From: Candidatus Latescibacterota bacterium
Lineage (GTDB): Bacteria; Latescibacterota; UBA2968; GCA-2709665
Direction of reading: 5' to 3'
Length of the DNA: 64,000 bases
NCBI GenBank assembly: GCA_965198095.1
Contig: OZ240239.1
Location: forward strand, 118,641 to 182,640
The notes under the pieces are model-generated. The model did not search any database, was not told where the DNA came from, and was given only the letters and a program-made list of their open reading frames with translations. A program made the position numbers and the translations under genes. Below are positions 9,310 to 17,701 of the stretch, piece by piece (position 1 is the first letter of the stretch; every line of letters starts with the position of its first letter).

Positions 9310-10821
9310 TCAACCCGAATGGGCAATTCGCACGTGAACGTCCTTCAGAAGGACTTTGTTCGACGGATCCCGGTTGATCACCTTGATGGTGTTCGCCCCT
9401 TTTCGGATCCGCTCCGGCTCGACGCCGTAGCTGACCCATTCCTCCTGGAGATCGCCGTTCGAAAGAGCGCGGTCGTTCAGCCTGACTTCCAGACGGTCCG
9501 CTTCGGTCAGACCGTCGACGCGGACGCTCAGCGTCACGCTGGGATTGGATCCCGAGTCCTTTCCGGGCAGGTCTTCGCCAATCGTCACAATCGCCGTGTG
9601 AGGCCGGGTCGGTAAGAGCATCACGGGACTTCCCGGGTCCAGCGCAGTCGGATACTCGTAAAACCGAAGCAGGCCTTTGATCTCCCGCCCCAGCAGAAAC
9701 CGAAAATGACCGTCCGGGAAGTAGTCCTTGTCCAGTCCGGCCAGGAGCTCGGGGTCGCCCACCTCCCGCCAGGCCGCGCTCGATGGGTCGAACAGATTGT
9801 AGGTGTGGATCCCGTCCGCACCCGCGTGCCAGACGTACATCGCCCTGGCGCGGAAGTTCCTGAGCGCGATCCCGTCCTGCACGTCGGGCGGCCCCTGACG
9901 CCGCCTGGATCCTGACCAGGTCAGATCCGGATAGACCGGCACGCCGTGCTCCCGGCCCAGCTTTACCCAGGTCTCCCACGGCGCCAGCTCCATCTCCCCG
10001 GGGACCAGCAGATCCACGAGATCCTCCTTCAGCCACGCCCTCACGTCCAGGCCCATCACTTCGCAGCACCCGACAGAGGCGGGAAGGCGCTCCGCCACGA
10101 GCATCGGGCGGCCGCGCTCCAACCCGACCTGCTCCGTCATCTCGCGAATACGGCGGTGCAGGCCCGTCATGATCTCCCGCTCCACCTGCGTGCAGTCCTC
10201 CCCATTCGTGCCGCATTTGAAATGAGGCGGGTGGCGAAGCCAGTCCAGCTCGATGCCGTCCACGTCGTACCGCTTGCAGACATCCGCAAGCAGCTCGAAC
10301 GCCCGTTCCTGAACCTCCGGTTCGTCGTAATTCAGTCCTGACCACATTCCGTACTCGGATGGGTCTTCCAGCGATCCGTGCAGAACCTCGGGGTGGTCCT
10401 TCTTGAACTGAGGAATCATCTCAGACCACCGCGGCTGGCCGTCGTGGGTATCGTTCATCCGCATAGACATGAAAATCTCGATCCCGTTCTCCCTGCAGAA
10501 GTCGATCATAATCTGAAGAGGGTCCAGACCCGCCTCGTGGAACGCCTCGATCATGTTCGGCGCGAACACACGCGTCTTCGCGAGGAACGGTTCCGCGACA
10601 TCGCTGATGTAGGACACGTGACCCAGCCCTGCGCTCCAGGGGCAGTAGAAGATCGAGTCGACGTGCGATCCGATCAGCCCTGTCGTGCGGTCCGCAAGGA
10701 GAGCTTCGCGGCTCACCTCCTTGAGGTTGTAGACAATATCGCAGCCGTCGTTGTTGAAAATGATCCGACGTTTTCGGTGTTTGGCCTGCTCTCGCTGTTC
10801 CCTCAGTCGTTTCAATTCCAT
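9310..10821 (-). CDS. TIM-barrel glycoside-hydrolase-like protein, subfamily A (tandem paralog)
   Basis: Track ORF trimmed to MELKRLREQ at 10821, which has GAGGAG 9 nt upstream and aligns with the start of the paralog. IIFNNDGC...YDVDGIELDWLRHPPHF. Confidence 0.8.
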   Translation of the reverse strand: MELKRLREQREQAKHRKRRIIFNNDGCDIVYNLKEVSREALLADRTTGLIGSHVDSIFYCPWSAGLGHVSYISDVAEPFLAKTRVFAPNMIEAFHEAGLDPLQIMIDFCRENGIEIFMSMRMNDTHDGQPRWSEMIPQFKKDHPEVLHGSLEDPSEYGMWSGLNYDEPEVQERAFELLADVCKRYDVDGIELDWLRHPPHFKCGTNGEDCTQVEREIMTGLHRRIREMTEQVGLERGRPMLVAERLPASVGCCEVMGLDVRAWLKEDLVDLLVPGEMELAPWETWVKLGREHGVPVYPDLTWSGSRRRQGPPDVQDGIALRNFRARAMYVWHAGADGIHTYNLFDPSSAAWREVGDPELLAGLDKDYFPDGHFRFLLGREIKGLLRFYEYPTALDPGSPVMLLPTRPHTAIVTIGEDLPGKDSGSNPSVTLSVRVDGLTEADRLEVRLNDRALSNGDLQEEWVSYGVEPERIRKGANTIKVINRDPSNKVLLKDVHVRIAHSG

Positions 10822-10856
10822 ATCGCGAAACTCCTCATCTAACGCGTGCGCGAAAC

Positions 10857-10997
10857 AAATCCCCCCTGCCCCTCCCTCGACTCGCAAGCTCGCTCGGGAC
10901 AGGCCTTTGCTAAAGGGGGGAGACTACTCGTACCGACATACTACCCATCAAGAAACGGAATCCTCCCCCTTTGGAAAAGGGGGACTGAGGGGGATTT
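10857..10997. repeat. 141-nt element bounded by imperfect inverted repeats (AAATCCCCCCTGCCCC ... GGGGACTGAGGGGGATTT), MITE-like
   Basis: Terminal IRs read directly. Internal palindrome CCCCCTTT-GGA-AAAGGGGG (10965-10983). The left half recurs at 19704-19742. Confidence 0.55.
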
Positions 10998-11038
10998 CGT
11001 TCGGAATAAAGCATTCTGGTCAGGAACTCATACCGCAA

Positions 11039-13063
11039 TCACACCGCCGTATAAGAAAAATACCGCGCGTCGTTCGCGTCCAGCTCCACCGGAAGACCCT
11101 TCGCCATCAAATCCTTTCCAGAGTACTCGTCCGCCTCGCCCGACTTCTCGTTGGTCACACGATAGGTGCTCCCCGAATCGAGCGACCTCATCCGAATCTC
11201 CAGCCGATCCGTTGTGCCGTAATACCGGAAGACAAGCACGATCCCCTCTTTCGTCCCGTCACGGAACTGTCCGGCGTCCCAATCCGCCTCGTCCTGCGGC
11301 TGCGGCGTCAGGTGATGGTAGTCCTTCATCAGCAGATGCCGAAACCGCTTGTAGACCCCGATCCAGTGCTTCAGGTTCGCCAGCGGCACCGCCTCGATCT
11401 CGTCCATCCTGGCGCTGATGAAGAGCATCCCCGCCATACGGCTGATGCAGGACAGGTCCGAGATCTCCTCGTCCATCCCGATGTGACCCTTCAGCGGCTT
11501 GGGCGCCAGGATCGTCCCGAGGTGACTCGCGGGCAGGAAGGTGTTCCCGCTCAGCTGCATCCGCCGGCAGCGATGAGGATCGCCGCTGAACTCGTTGGCC
11601 CAGCATCCGTGGGACCGCCTCACCACGCCCAGATCGAGTCGGTGCGCCCCGACGGAATTGTTTTGAATGAAGACGTCAGGGTGCCGCTCGAGCAGCCGCT
11701 CCCACACCGAATACAGCCCCTCGTAATACGCGAACTGGATCTTCCCCGTCGGGTCCACGGCCTGCCACGTCGGCAAAGGTCCCTGGTCGCACTCCCAGTG
11801 GATGTATCTCAGCTTCAGTCGCTCGATCACGCCACTGACCAGTTCGAACACATAGTCGCACGCCTCGCGAAGCGCATAGTTCATCAGGCGATATCTGATT
11901 ACCACGAATTTCCAATCGCTCGCACCCTTCGGTGCGTCCGGGAAGAGCAGGTGGGGTTTCTCGTTCCAGATCTTCGTCCCCTCGGAGATCACTTCCAGGT
12001 CGAGGAACAACCCCATACCGATCTCCCTGGAGCGGAGATGTTCCGCCAACGCCTCCATGCCGCGAGGCCACTTCTGCGGGTCTTCAGGCCAGTTCCCAAA
12101 ACCCGTCGCGTGGAGACCCTTGAACCACATGACCACCAAGTCCGCCATCTCTACACCCAGTTCGGCGTTCACATCCGCGTGCAGAAAGAGCTCGTCCTCT
12201 TCAAAGGGCTCCCGGTTTCCCGGCCAGTAGGAATAGGTCACAGGAGGGAGCGCGGCGCCATGGAGCGGAGGGATCAGATGACCCGCGATATACCTTCGCA
12301 GGGCGTTGCTGCCCGCGTCGATGTCGCCCTCGAAGAAGCCGACGTGAACACGCGGAAGCTTCAGGCGCTCGCCCGGCTCCAGGACCAGTCCGTCCACTCC
12401 CGGACCGAGCTTCAGACTCAGGCCAGGTTCAAAGCCCGTGTAAGGCCGTTTCTCATCCGTCCGTTCCTCCGCCTGGACCCGATTCAAGACCTTGAAGTGA
12501 CCGTGCCACAGCCCCGACCACTCGAGGCCGAGAAAGAGTCCGGGTGCGTCCGACCGGGCGCCCGCCGTGGCCAGAAAGATCGGCAGATCCTGGTCCGAGG
12601 AAACGCCGTCTGCCGGCCCGTGGCTGAACTCCGGACCGAACCCCGCCATCGGCATATCCGTGCGCACCCAGTAGACCTCCCTACCCGGATAGCCCAGAAG
12701 CTTCCCGTAGGCACCACCAGAGCTGCTCACGATCTTCGGTATGCCTTCGAACCCGAACAGCGTCATGCTCAGCGCCCACAGGTCTGAAATCGGCTTGGAG
12801 CGCTCCGACGAGGTGTTCGTCAGCGAGAGCTGGTACTCCACCGCACCATAGTCAGGAACAACCTCCACGTGGCAGATCGCATCCAGGCCGGCGTCGCTGC
12901 CGAACCCGAGCTCCCAGCTGTCTTCCGACACCTGCTCGACCCCGTCCTCTGCCCACGTAACAGCGGCATCTTCCATCACGACCGAGAACAGCTCGGTTCG
13001 TTCGATGAACCGGGCCAGTGAAGGCGGGGCCGGCTTCAAGAATGCGTCGAATGTGGCTTGCAT
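11039..13063 (-). CDS. GH36-like (clan GH-D, alpha-galactosidase-like) glycoside hydrolase
   Basis: Start set at MQATFDAF to match the paralog start. Architecture is an N-terminal beta-sandwich followed by a barrel. IHWECDQ sits in the place of the GH36 KWD nucleophile motif, and NSVGAHRLDLG in the place of GGGRxD. Family call is tentative. Confidence 0.75.
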   Translation of the reverse strand: MQATFDAFLKPAPPSLARFIERTELFSVVMEDAAVTWAEDGVEQVSEDSWELGFGSDAGLDAICHVEVVPDYGAVEYQLSLTNTSSERSKPISDLWALSMTLFGFEGIPKIVSSSGGAYGKLLGYPGREVYWVRTDMPMAGFGPEFSHGPADGVSSDQDLPIFLATAGARSDAPGLFLGLEWSGLWHGHFKVLNRVQAEERTDEKRPYTGFEPGLSLKLGPGVDGLVLEPGERLKLPRVHVGFFEGDIDAGSNALRRYIAGHLIPPLHGAALPPVTYSYWPGNREPFEEDELFLHADVNAELGVEMADLVVMWFKGLHATGFGNWPEDPQKWPRGMEALAEHLRSREIGMGLFLDLEVISEGTKIWNEKPHLLFPDAPKGASDWKFVVIRYRLMNYALREACDYVFELVSGVIERLKLRYIHWECDQGPLPTWQAVDPTGKIQFAYYEGLYSVWERLLERHPDVFIQNNSVGAHRLDLGVVRRSHGCWANEFSGDPHRCRRMQLSGNTFLPASHLGTILAPKPLKGHIGMDEEISDLSCISRMAGMLFISARMDEIEAVPLANLKHWIGVYKRFRHLLMKDYHHLTPQPQDEADWDAGQFRDGTKEGIVLVFRYYGTTDRLEIRMRSLDSGSTYRVTNEKSGEADEYSGKDLMAKGLPVELDANDARYFSYTAV

Positions 13064-13116
13064 TTCAGCTCCCGCTTCCTGCAGCAACTACGTCACCATA
13101 CACTTCAGATGCGCAT

Positions 13117-13277
13117 GTCATTCCGAGGAGCCTCTGCAGAGTCAGATCACGCTTTGCCAAAAACTTGGCGTATTTGCGGCGACGAGGAATCTCAAAAGGG
13201 CATTACTCATTGACTATCTCTTGAAGTATCAGCTGCTGCGTAGACTGTTGCGATTCCTGGCTCACGCTCGGAATGAC
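13117..13277 (-). repeat. 161-nt nested inverted-repeat element in the leader of the GH36-like gene
   Basis: Outer arms GTCATTCCGAG (13117-13127) and CTCGGAATGAC (13267-13277) are perfect complements. An inner GAGGAATC / GATTCCTG pair is also present. Homologous to 15379-15541. Confidence 0.7.
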
Positions 13278-13312
13278 AGATTAGGTTGCGAGGTTCCTGT
13301 CGAAAAAGGTGA

Positions 13313-15337
13313 TCACAACTTTTTGTAGGAGAAAAACCTGGCATCATTGGCCTCCAGCTCCGCCGCAAGGCCCTGCGCCATCAAGTCCTTACCCGAACAC
13401 TCCTCCGCTTCGCCCGATTTCTCGTTCGTCACACGATACTGGCTCTTCGGATCGAGCGATCTCATCCTTATCTCCTGCCGTCCTGTCCTGCCGTAAAACC
13501 GGAAGACCAGCACGATTCCCTCCTTCGTCCCGTCACAGAACTGCCCGGCGTCCCAGTCCGCCTCGTCCTGCGGCTGCGGCGTCAGGTGATAGTAGTCCTT
13601 CATCAGCAGATGCCGGGACCGCTTGAAGACCCCGATCCAGTGCTTCAGGTTTGCCAGGGGCGCCGCCTCGATCTCGTCCATCCTGGCGCTTACAAAAAGC
13701 ATCCCCGCCATTCGGCTGATGCAGGACAGATCCGAGATCTCCTCGTCCATCCCGATATGGCCCTTCATCGGCTTGGGCGCCAGGATCGTCCCGAGGTGAC
13801 TCGCGGGCAGGAAGGTGTTCCCGCTCAGCTGCAACCTGCGGCACCGGTGTGGATCGCTCATGAACTCGGTGGCCCATCCGCCGTGGGAACGCTTGATCAC
13901 TCCCAGGTCGAGCCGGTGCGCCCCGACCAGGTTGTTCTGAATGAAGACGTCGGGGTGCCGCTCCAGCAGCCGCTCCCACACCGAGTACAGCCCCTCATAG
14001 AACGCGAACTGGATCTTCCCGGTCGGATCGACGGCCTGCCACGTCGGCAGGGGTGCCTGGTCACACTCCCAGTGGATATACCTCAGCTTCAGGCGCTCGA
14101 TCAGTCCGCTGACCATCTCCAAGACCGTATCGCACGTTTCCGGAAGCGCATAGTTCATCAGGCGGTATCTGAATCCCGCGAACTTGAAGTCGTGCGCCCC
14201 CTTCTTTGGATCCGGGAAGAGCAGGTGCGGTTTTTCGTTCCAGAAATCCGTCCCCTCGGCAACCACCTCCATTTCGATGAACAGCCCCAAACCGATCCCC
14301 TTCGCGCGGGCGTGTTCCGCGAAGGCCTCGATCCCGCTCGGCCACTTCTCCGGATCTTCCGGCCAGTTTCCGTGACTCCTGGGATGGTGACCCCTGACCC
14401 AGGCGACGTCCACGTTTGCCGTCTCGATACCGAGTTCCGCGCTCACGTCCATGTGTTGGCACAACTCATCCTCTGTAAATGGATCCCGGTTCCCCGGCCA
14501 GTAGGAATAGGTCACCTGAGGGAGCGCCATCCCCTCGAGTGGAGGGATCAGATAACCTGAAATGTAGCGGCGAAGGGCGTTGCTGCCGGCGTCGATGTCC
14601 CCCTCGAAGAAGCCGACGTGAACGCGCGGAAGCTTCAGGCGCTCGCCCGGTTCCAGGACCAGTCCATCCACTCCGGGGCCGAGCTTCAGACTGAGGCCGG
14701 GTTCAAAGCGCGTATAACGCCGTTTTTCGTCCGTCCGTTCCTCCGCCTGGCCCAGGTTTAGCGTCTTGAAGTGCGCGTGCCACAGCCCGGACCACTCCAG
14801 GCCCAGAAAGAGTCCCGGTGCGTCCGACTGGGCGCCGGCCGTGGCCAGAAAGATCGGCAGGTCCTGGTCTGAAGACACGCCGTCCGCCGGCCCGTGGCTG
14901 AACTCCGGTCCGAACCCCGACATCGGCATATCCGTCCGCACCCAGTACACCTCCCTACCCGGATAGCCCAGAACCTTCCCGTAGGCACCGCCGGAGCTGC
15001 TCACGATCTTTGGAAGACCTTCGAACCCGGACAGCGTCAGGCTCAGCGCCCACAGGTCCGAAATCGGCTTGCAGCGCTCCGACGAGGTGTTCGTCAGAGT
15101 GACCTGATACTCTACGGCACCATACTCTGCAACAACCTCCACGTGGCAGATCGCATCCAGCCCGGCGTCGCTGCTGAACCCGAGCTCCCAGGTATGCTCC
15201 GATACCTGCTCGACCTGGTCCTCCGTCCACGAAACGGCCGATGCTTCCATCATCACCGAAAACAGCTCCGTTCGCTCGATGAACTCGGCCAGTGAAGGTG
15301 GAGCCGGCTTCAGGAATGCATCGAATGTGGCCTTCAT
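13313..15337 (-). CDS. GH36-like glycoside hydrolase (tandem paralog of 11039-13063)
   Basis: 674 aa, alignable end to end with the neighbouring paralog and highly similar by eye. Same IHWECDQ and LVGAHRLDLG motifs. Confidence 0.8.
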   Translation of the reverse strand: MKATFDAFLKPAPPSLAEFIERTELFSVMMEASAVSWTEDQVEQVSEHTWELGFSSDAGLDAICHVEVVAEYGAVEYQVTLTNTSSERCKPISDLWALSLTLSGFEGLPKIVSSSGGAYGKVLGYPGREVYWVRTDMPMSGFGPEFSHGPADGVSSDQDLPIFLATAGAQSDAPGLFLGLEWSGLWHAHFKTLNLGQAEERTDEKRRYTRFEPGLSLKLGPGVDGLVLEPGERLKLPRVHVGFFEGDIDAGSNALRRYISGYLIPPLEGMALPQVTYSYWPGNRDPFTEDELCQHMDVSAELGIETANVDVAWVRGHHPRSHGNWPEDPEKWPSGIEAFAEHARAKGIGLGLFIEMEVVAEGTDFWNEKPHLLFPDPKKGAHDFKFAGFRYRLMNYALPETCDTVLEMVSGLIERLKLRYIHWECDQAPLPTWQAVDPTGKIQFAFYEGLYSVWERLLERHPDVFIQNNLVGAHRLDLGVIKRSHGGWATEFMSDPHRCRRLQLSGNTFLPASHLGTILAPKPMKGHIGMDEEISDLSCISRMAGMLFVSARMDEIEAAPLANLKHWIGVFKRSRHLLMKDYYHLTPQPQDEADWDAGQFCDGTKEGIVLVFRFYGRTGRQEIRMRSLDPKSQYRVTNEKSGEAEECSGKDLMAQGLAAELEANDARFFSYKKL

Positions 15338-15378
15338 CTCAGCCCCGTTCTACATCACGATACACTTTGCAGGAACCT

Positions 15379-15541
15379 GTCATCCCGAGGAGCCTTTACG
15401 GAGTCAAATCATGCCTTTCTTAAAAACCCTGGCGAATTACGGCGACGAGGAATCTCAGGAAGAAAGTATTCACTTAACAATATCTTGAAGACGTAGCTGC
15501 TCCGTCATGTGTTGAGATTCCTCGCTCGCGCTCGGAATGAC
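15379..15541 (-). repeat. 163-nt nested inverted-repeat element in the leader of the second GH36-like gene
   Basis: Sense strand reads GTCATTCCGAGCGCGAGCGAGGAATCTC ...57 nt... GAGATTCCTCGTCGCC ... GGCTCCTCGGGATGAC. The inner helix is 10 bp and perfect (15447-15456 with 15514-15523). The outer helix has one U-G position. Confidence 0.7.
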
Positions 15542-15595
15542 AAATCGGGTTGTGGACCTTGGTGATACACGCCCATCCGAAAGCCAAATACGTCA

Positions 15596-16783
15596 TCACC
15601 AGCTGGCGATGAATTCCTCCACGTCGAAATCTTCCGGCAAGTCCTGGCAGACGTACTCCATCGGCCCGGACTGGAAGCCCGGAACAAACTGCTCTTCATC
15701 AGATCTGAGCCTCGCGTCCAGCGCAGAGAAACGCTGCCACAGGGTATCGATCTCTTTCTGCGAAAATCGAGGGCCGACAACCTCGTGCTGAGTCCAATCA
15801 CGGAGATAGTTTCTTTGCTTCGGGTGAGAATCGAACCGGAGCTTGTAGACCAGTTTCGAGATGAGGATCAGACAGACGATCCGCGCAGGTTCGGCTGGGT
15901 GAAGCCTTGCAAGTGCATCCTGAAAAGGCTCAACATCCTTGTCCAAAACGGCGCGGAGCAGCGACGTGATCGTATCGCACTCCTCCGCATAAAACGCCGC
16001 GAGTCGATCGTAGACCCGGCGGCCGGATTCCGACAGATATCGGGTGAATCCGAGATCTCGAACAAACCCGGGGACGTACGGAAAGACCGGGCCTCCGAAT
16101 GAACGGTAGCCCAGATGGACTGTCCTGCGCAGCTTGGTCCCGTAGTTGCTGCCCCAGTGGAGAATCGTATTCGTATACACCACCCCGTCGCCCGCTTTCA
16201 ACTCCACCTGAAGGCCATTGGGGAGGGGGACACAGGGGTCCTCGTCCAGCAGGCAGTTCTCCTCGTCGGTATTCGATCGACGGTGACTTCCGGGAATGAC
16301 CCACAGCACGTCGTCGTCGTAGAGCGGGATGTTCCACTGCAGATAGCCCGGAGCGTTTTCCAGCAGGTCGATCTGCAGGCCGCGAAGCGGCCCTTCGTCC
16401 ATCGGATGGATGTCGCGATGCCACTTCGCCGGCCCGTGGTCGCGCACCGGGTTGCACATCATGAAGATGCCTGTGTTCGACGCTTCCTCAGCTTGCATCA
16501 ATTGGCGGTTGACGCCCCTCGTGTTTTCGTGAAGGCAGAACTCCATCGTGTCGGCAGTCGTTTCGTCGATCAGGTTCTGCCATCCCCTCAGCCGGGGCTG
16601 GGGATCGGCCTCCCACACCCCGCCCGGCGGGTCTCCCGGTTCGCGGTCACGGGCCCAGATCTCCCGCTGCCGATCGACAAGCGTCTCGAAATTTTTCCTC
16701 AGCCCCTCGAGTTGATCCGGCGGAATCACCTCACGCAGGATGATGAACCCATCTTTTTTCAGTTGCCCGAGGTCTACATTCAT
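15596..16783 (-). CDS. Phytanoyl-CoA dioxygenase (PhyH) family Fe(II)/2-oxoglutarate oxygenase
   Basis: 395 aa with WHRD (HxD), VIPGSHR and ILHWGSNY (distal His), plus the KDGFIILREV N-terminus typical of PhyH. Confidence 0.75.
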   Translation of the reverse strand: MNVDLGQLKKDGFIILREVIPPDQLEGLRKNFETLVDRQREIWARDREPGDPPGGVWEADPQPRLRGWQNLIDETTADTMEFCLHENTRGVNRQLMQAEEASNTGIFMMCNPVRDHGPAKWHRDIHPMDEGPLRGLQIDLLENAPGYLQWNIPLYDDDVLWVIPGSHRRSNTDEENCLLDEDPCVPLPNGLQVELKAGDGVVYTNTILHWGSNYGTKLRRTVHLGYRSFGGPVFPYVPGFVRDLGFTRYLSESGRRVYDRLAAFYAEECDTITSLLRAVLDKDVEPFQDALARLHPAEPARIVCLILISKLVYKLRFDSHPKQRNYLRDWTQHEVVGPRFSQKEIDTLWQRFSALDARLRSDEEQFVPGFQSGPMEYVCQDLPEDFDVEEFIASW

Positions 16784-16801
16784 CTACAGCAGTCCTGTTC
16801 T

Positions 16802-16825
16802 CCCCCTTCCCTTTAGCGAAGGGGG
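16802..16825. repeat. Perfect 8-bp G/C hairpin CCCCCTTC-N8-GAAGGGGG
   Basis: Read directly. Lies 19 nt upstream of the PhyH start (16783) and 21 nt after the isochorismatase-like stop (16846). Confidence 0.55.
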
Positions 16826-16845
16826 CTGGGGGGTTAGGTCCGTTT

Positions 16846-17517
16846 TCACGCCTTCAGTATGGCCGAAAGCTGCTCCGTCCTCACCAGATCCGCCCAACGC
16901 GATCCGATCAGACAGGGCATGATGTCCTTCGTCCCCTGCGTCTGGAAGAGCACCGCGTCTTCCACCCAGCTGTTTTTGTAACCGTATTCCCGGCTCTGGA
17001 TCAGCGTATAGAACACGCAGGCGTCCCCGAACTGGCCGCAGAGCACGTTGTGCTCGATCCCCGCGTTGCGCAGCATGAAGTCCAGCCCGGTCCCCGTAAA
17101 CGAGGAGCTCGTCGGCTTCTGAATCACGATCTCGCCCTCGATCGGCGCCAGCTCATCGATCACCGACATCGGTTTGCTGCCCACGAGGTCGTAATCCCGG
17201 CCTTTCATGTAGGGCACCATGTCCCGCCCGTCTTTCGTTCGCCTCGCCATTTCCATAAACACCACCGTCCCGCCCGCTTTGCGAAAGACATCCAGCACCA
17301 GCCTGATCCTCGGGATGATCTCCGCCAGCTCCTTCTCGAAGAACGCCCGCCGCTCCTCCAGCGCTTCGGCTTTCAGCCCGGTCTGTCCCGTGACCCACCA
17401 GTCCGGGTCACAGAATCGATTCATCATGTCCACGATAATCAGCGCCGTCCGATCTGGCGGAAGTTGGTCCGCCTCACTCAACCGCGACACCGTGAACTGG
17501 TCCAAATCCACGAGCAT
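16846..17517 (-). CDS. Isochorismatase-family cysteine hydrolase
   Basis: 223 aa with TALIIVDMMNRF and GQFGDACVFYT, the catalytic Asp and Cys motifs. Confidence 0.8.
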   Translation of the reverse strand: MLVDLDQFTVSRLSEADQLPPDRTALIIVDMMNRFCDPDWWVTGQTGLKAEALEERRAFFEKELAEIIPRIRLVLDVFRKAGGTVVFMEMARRTKDGRDMVPYMKGRDYDLVGSKPMSVIDELAPIEGEIVIQKPTSSSFTGTGLDFMLRNAGIEHNVLCGQFGDACVFYTLIQSREYGYKNSWVEDAVLFQTQGTKDIMPCLIGSRWADLVRTEQLSAILKA

Positions 17518-17630
17518 CGGTCTCTCCTTTGCTTTTCGTTTTTCTCAATCTTCTCTGCGACCTCTGCGCCTCGGATCACAATCCTTTGGGGGCAGGCGGT
17601 GATTCTTGGTTCTTGATTTTCCCGATCCCC

Positions 17631-17659
17631 GGTACCCGTGTTTTGCTTTCCCGGTACCC
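17631..17659. repeat. GGTACC-box copy 2 (GGTACCCGTGTTTTGCTTTCCCGGTACCC)
   Basis: Lies 42 nt after the stop at 17702 and 114 nt before the start at 17517. Confidence 0.8.
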
Positions 17660-17701
17660 GGATTTCCATTCCGCAATCCCAAATTCGCAATCCGCAATTG
17701 G

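Noticed and set aside
17631-17659. GGTACC box read as a sigma-54 promoter (GG-N10-GC, via GGTACCCGTGTTTTGC).
   Set aside because: The GG to GC spacing is 2 nt too long, the match is on the plus strand where there are no genes, and no TGGCAC/TTGCW cores are present.
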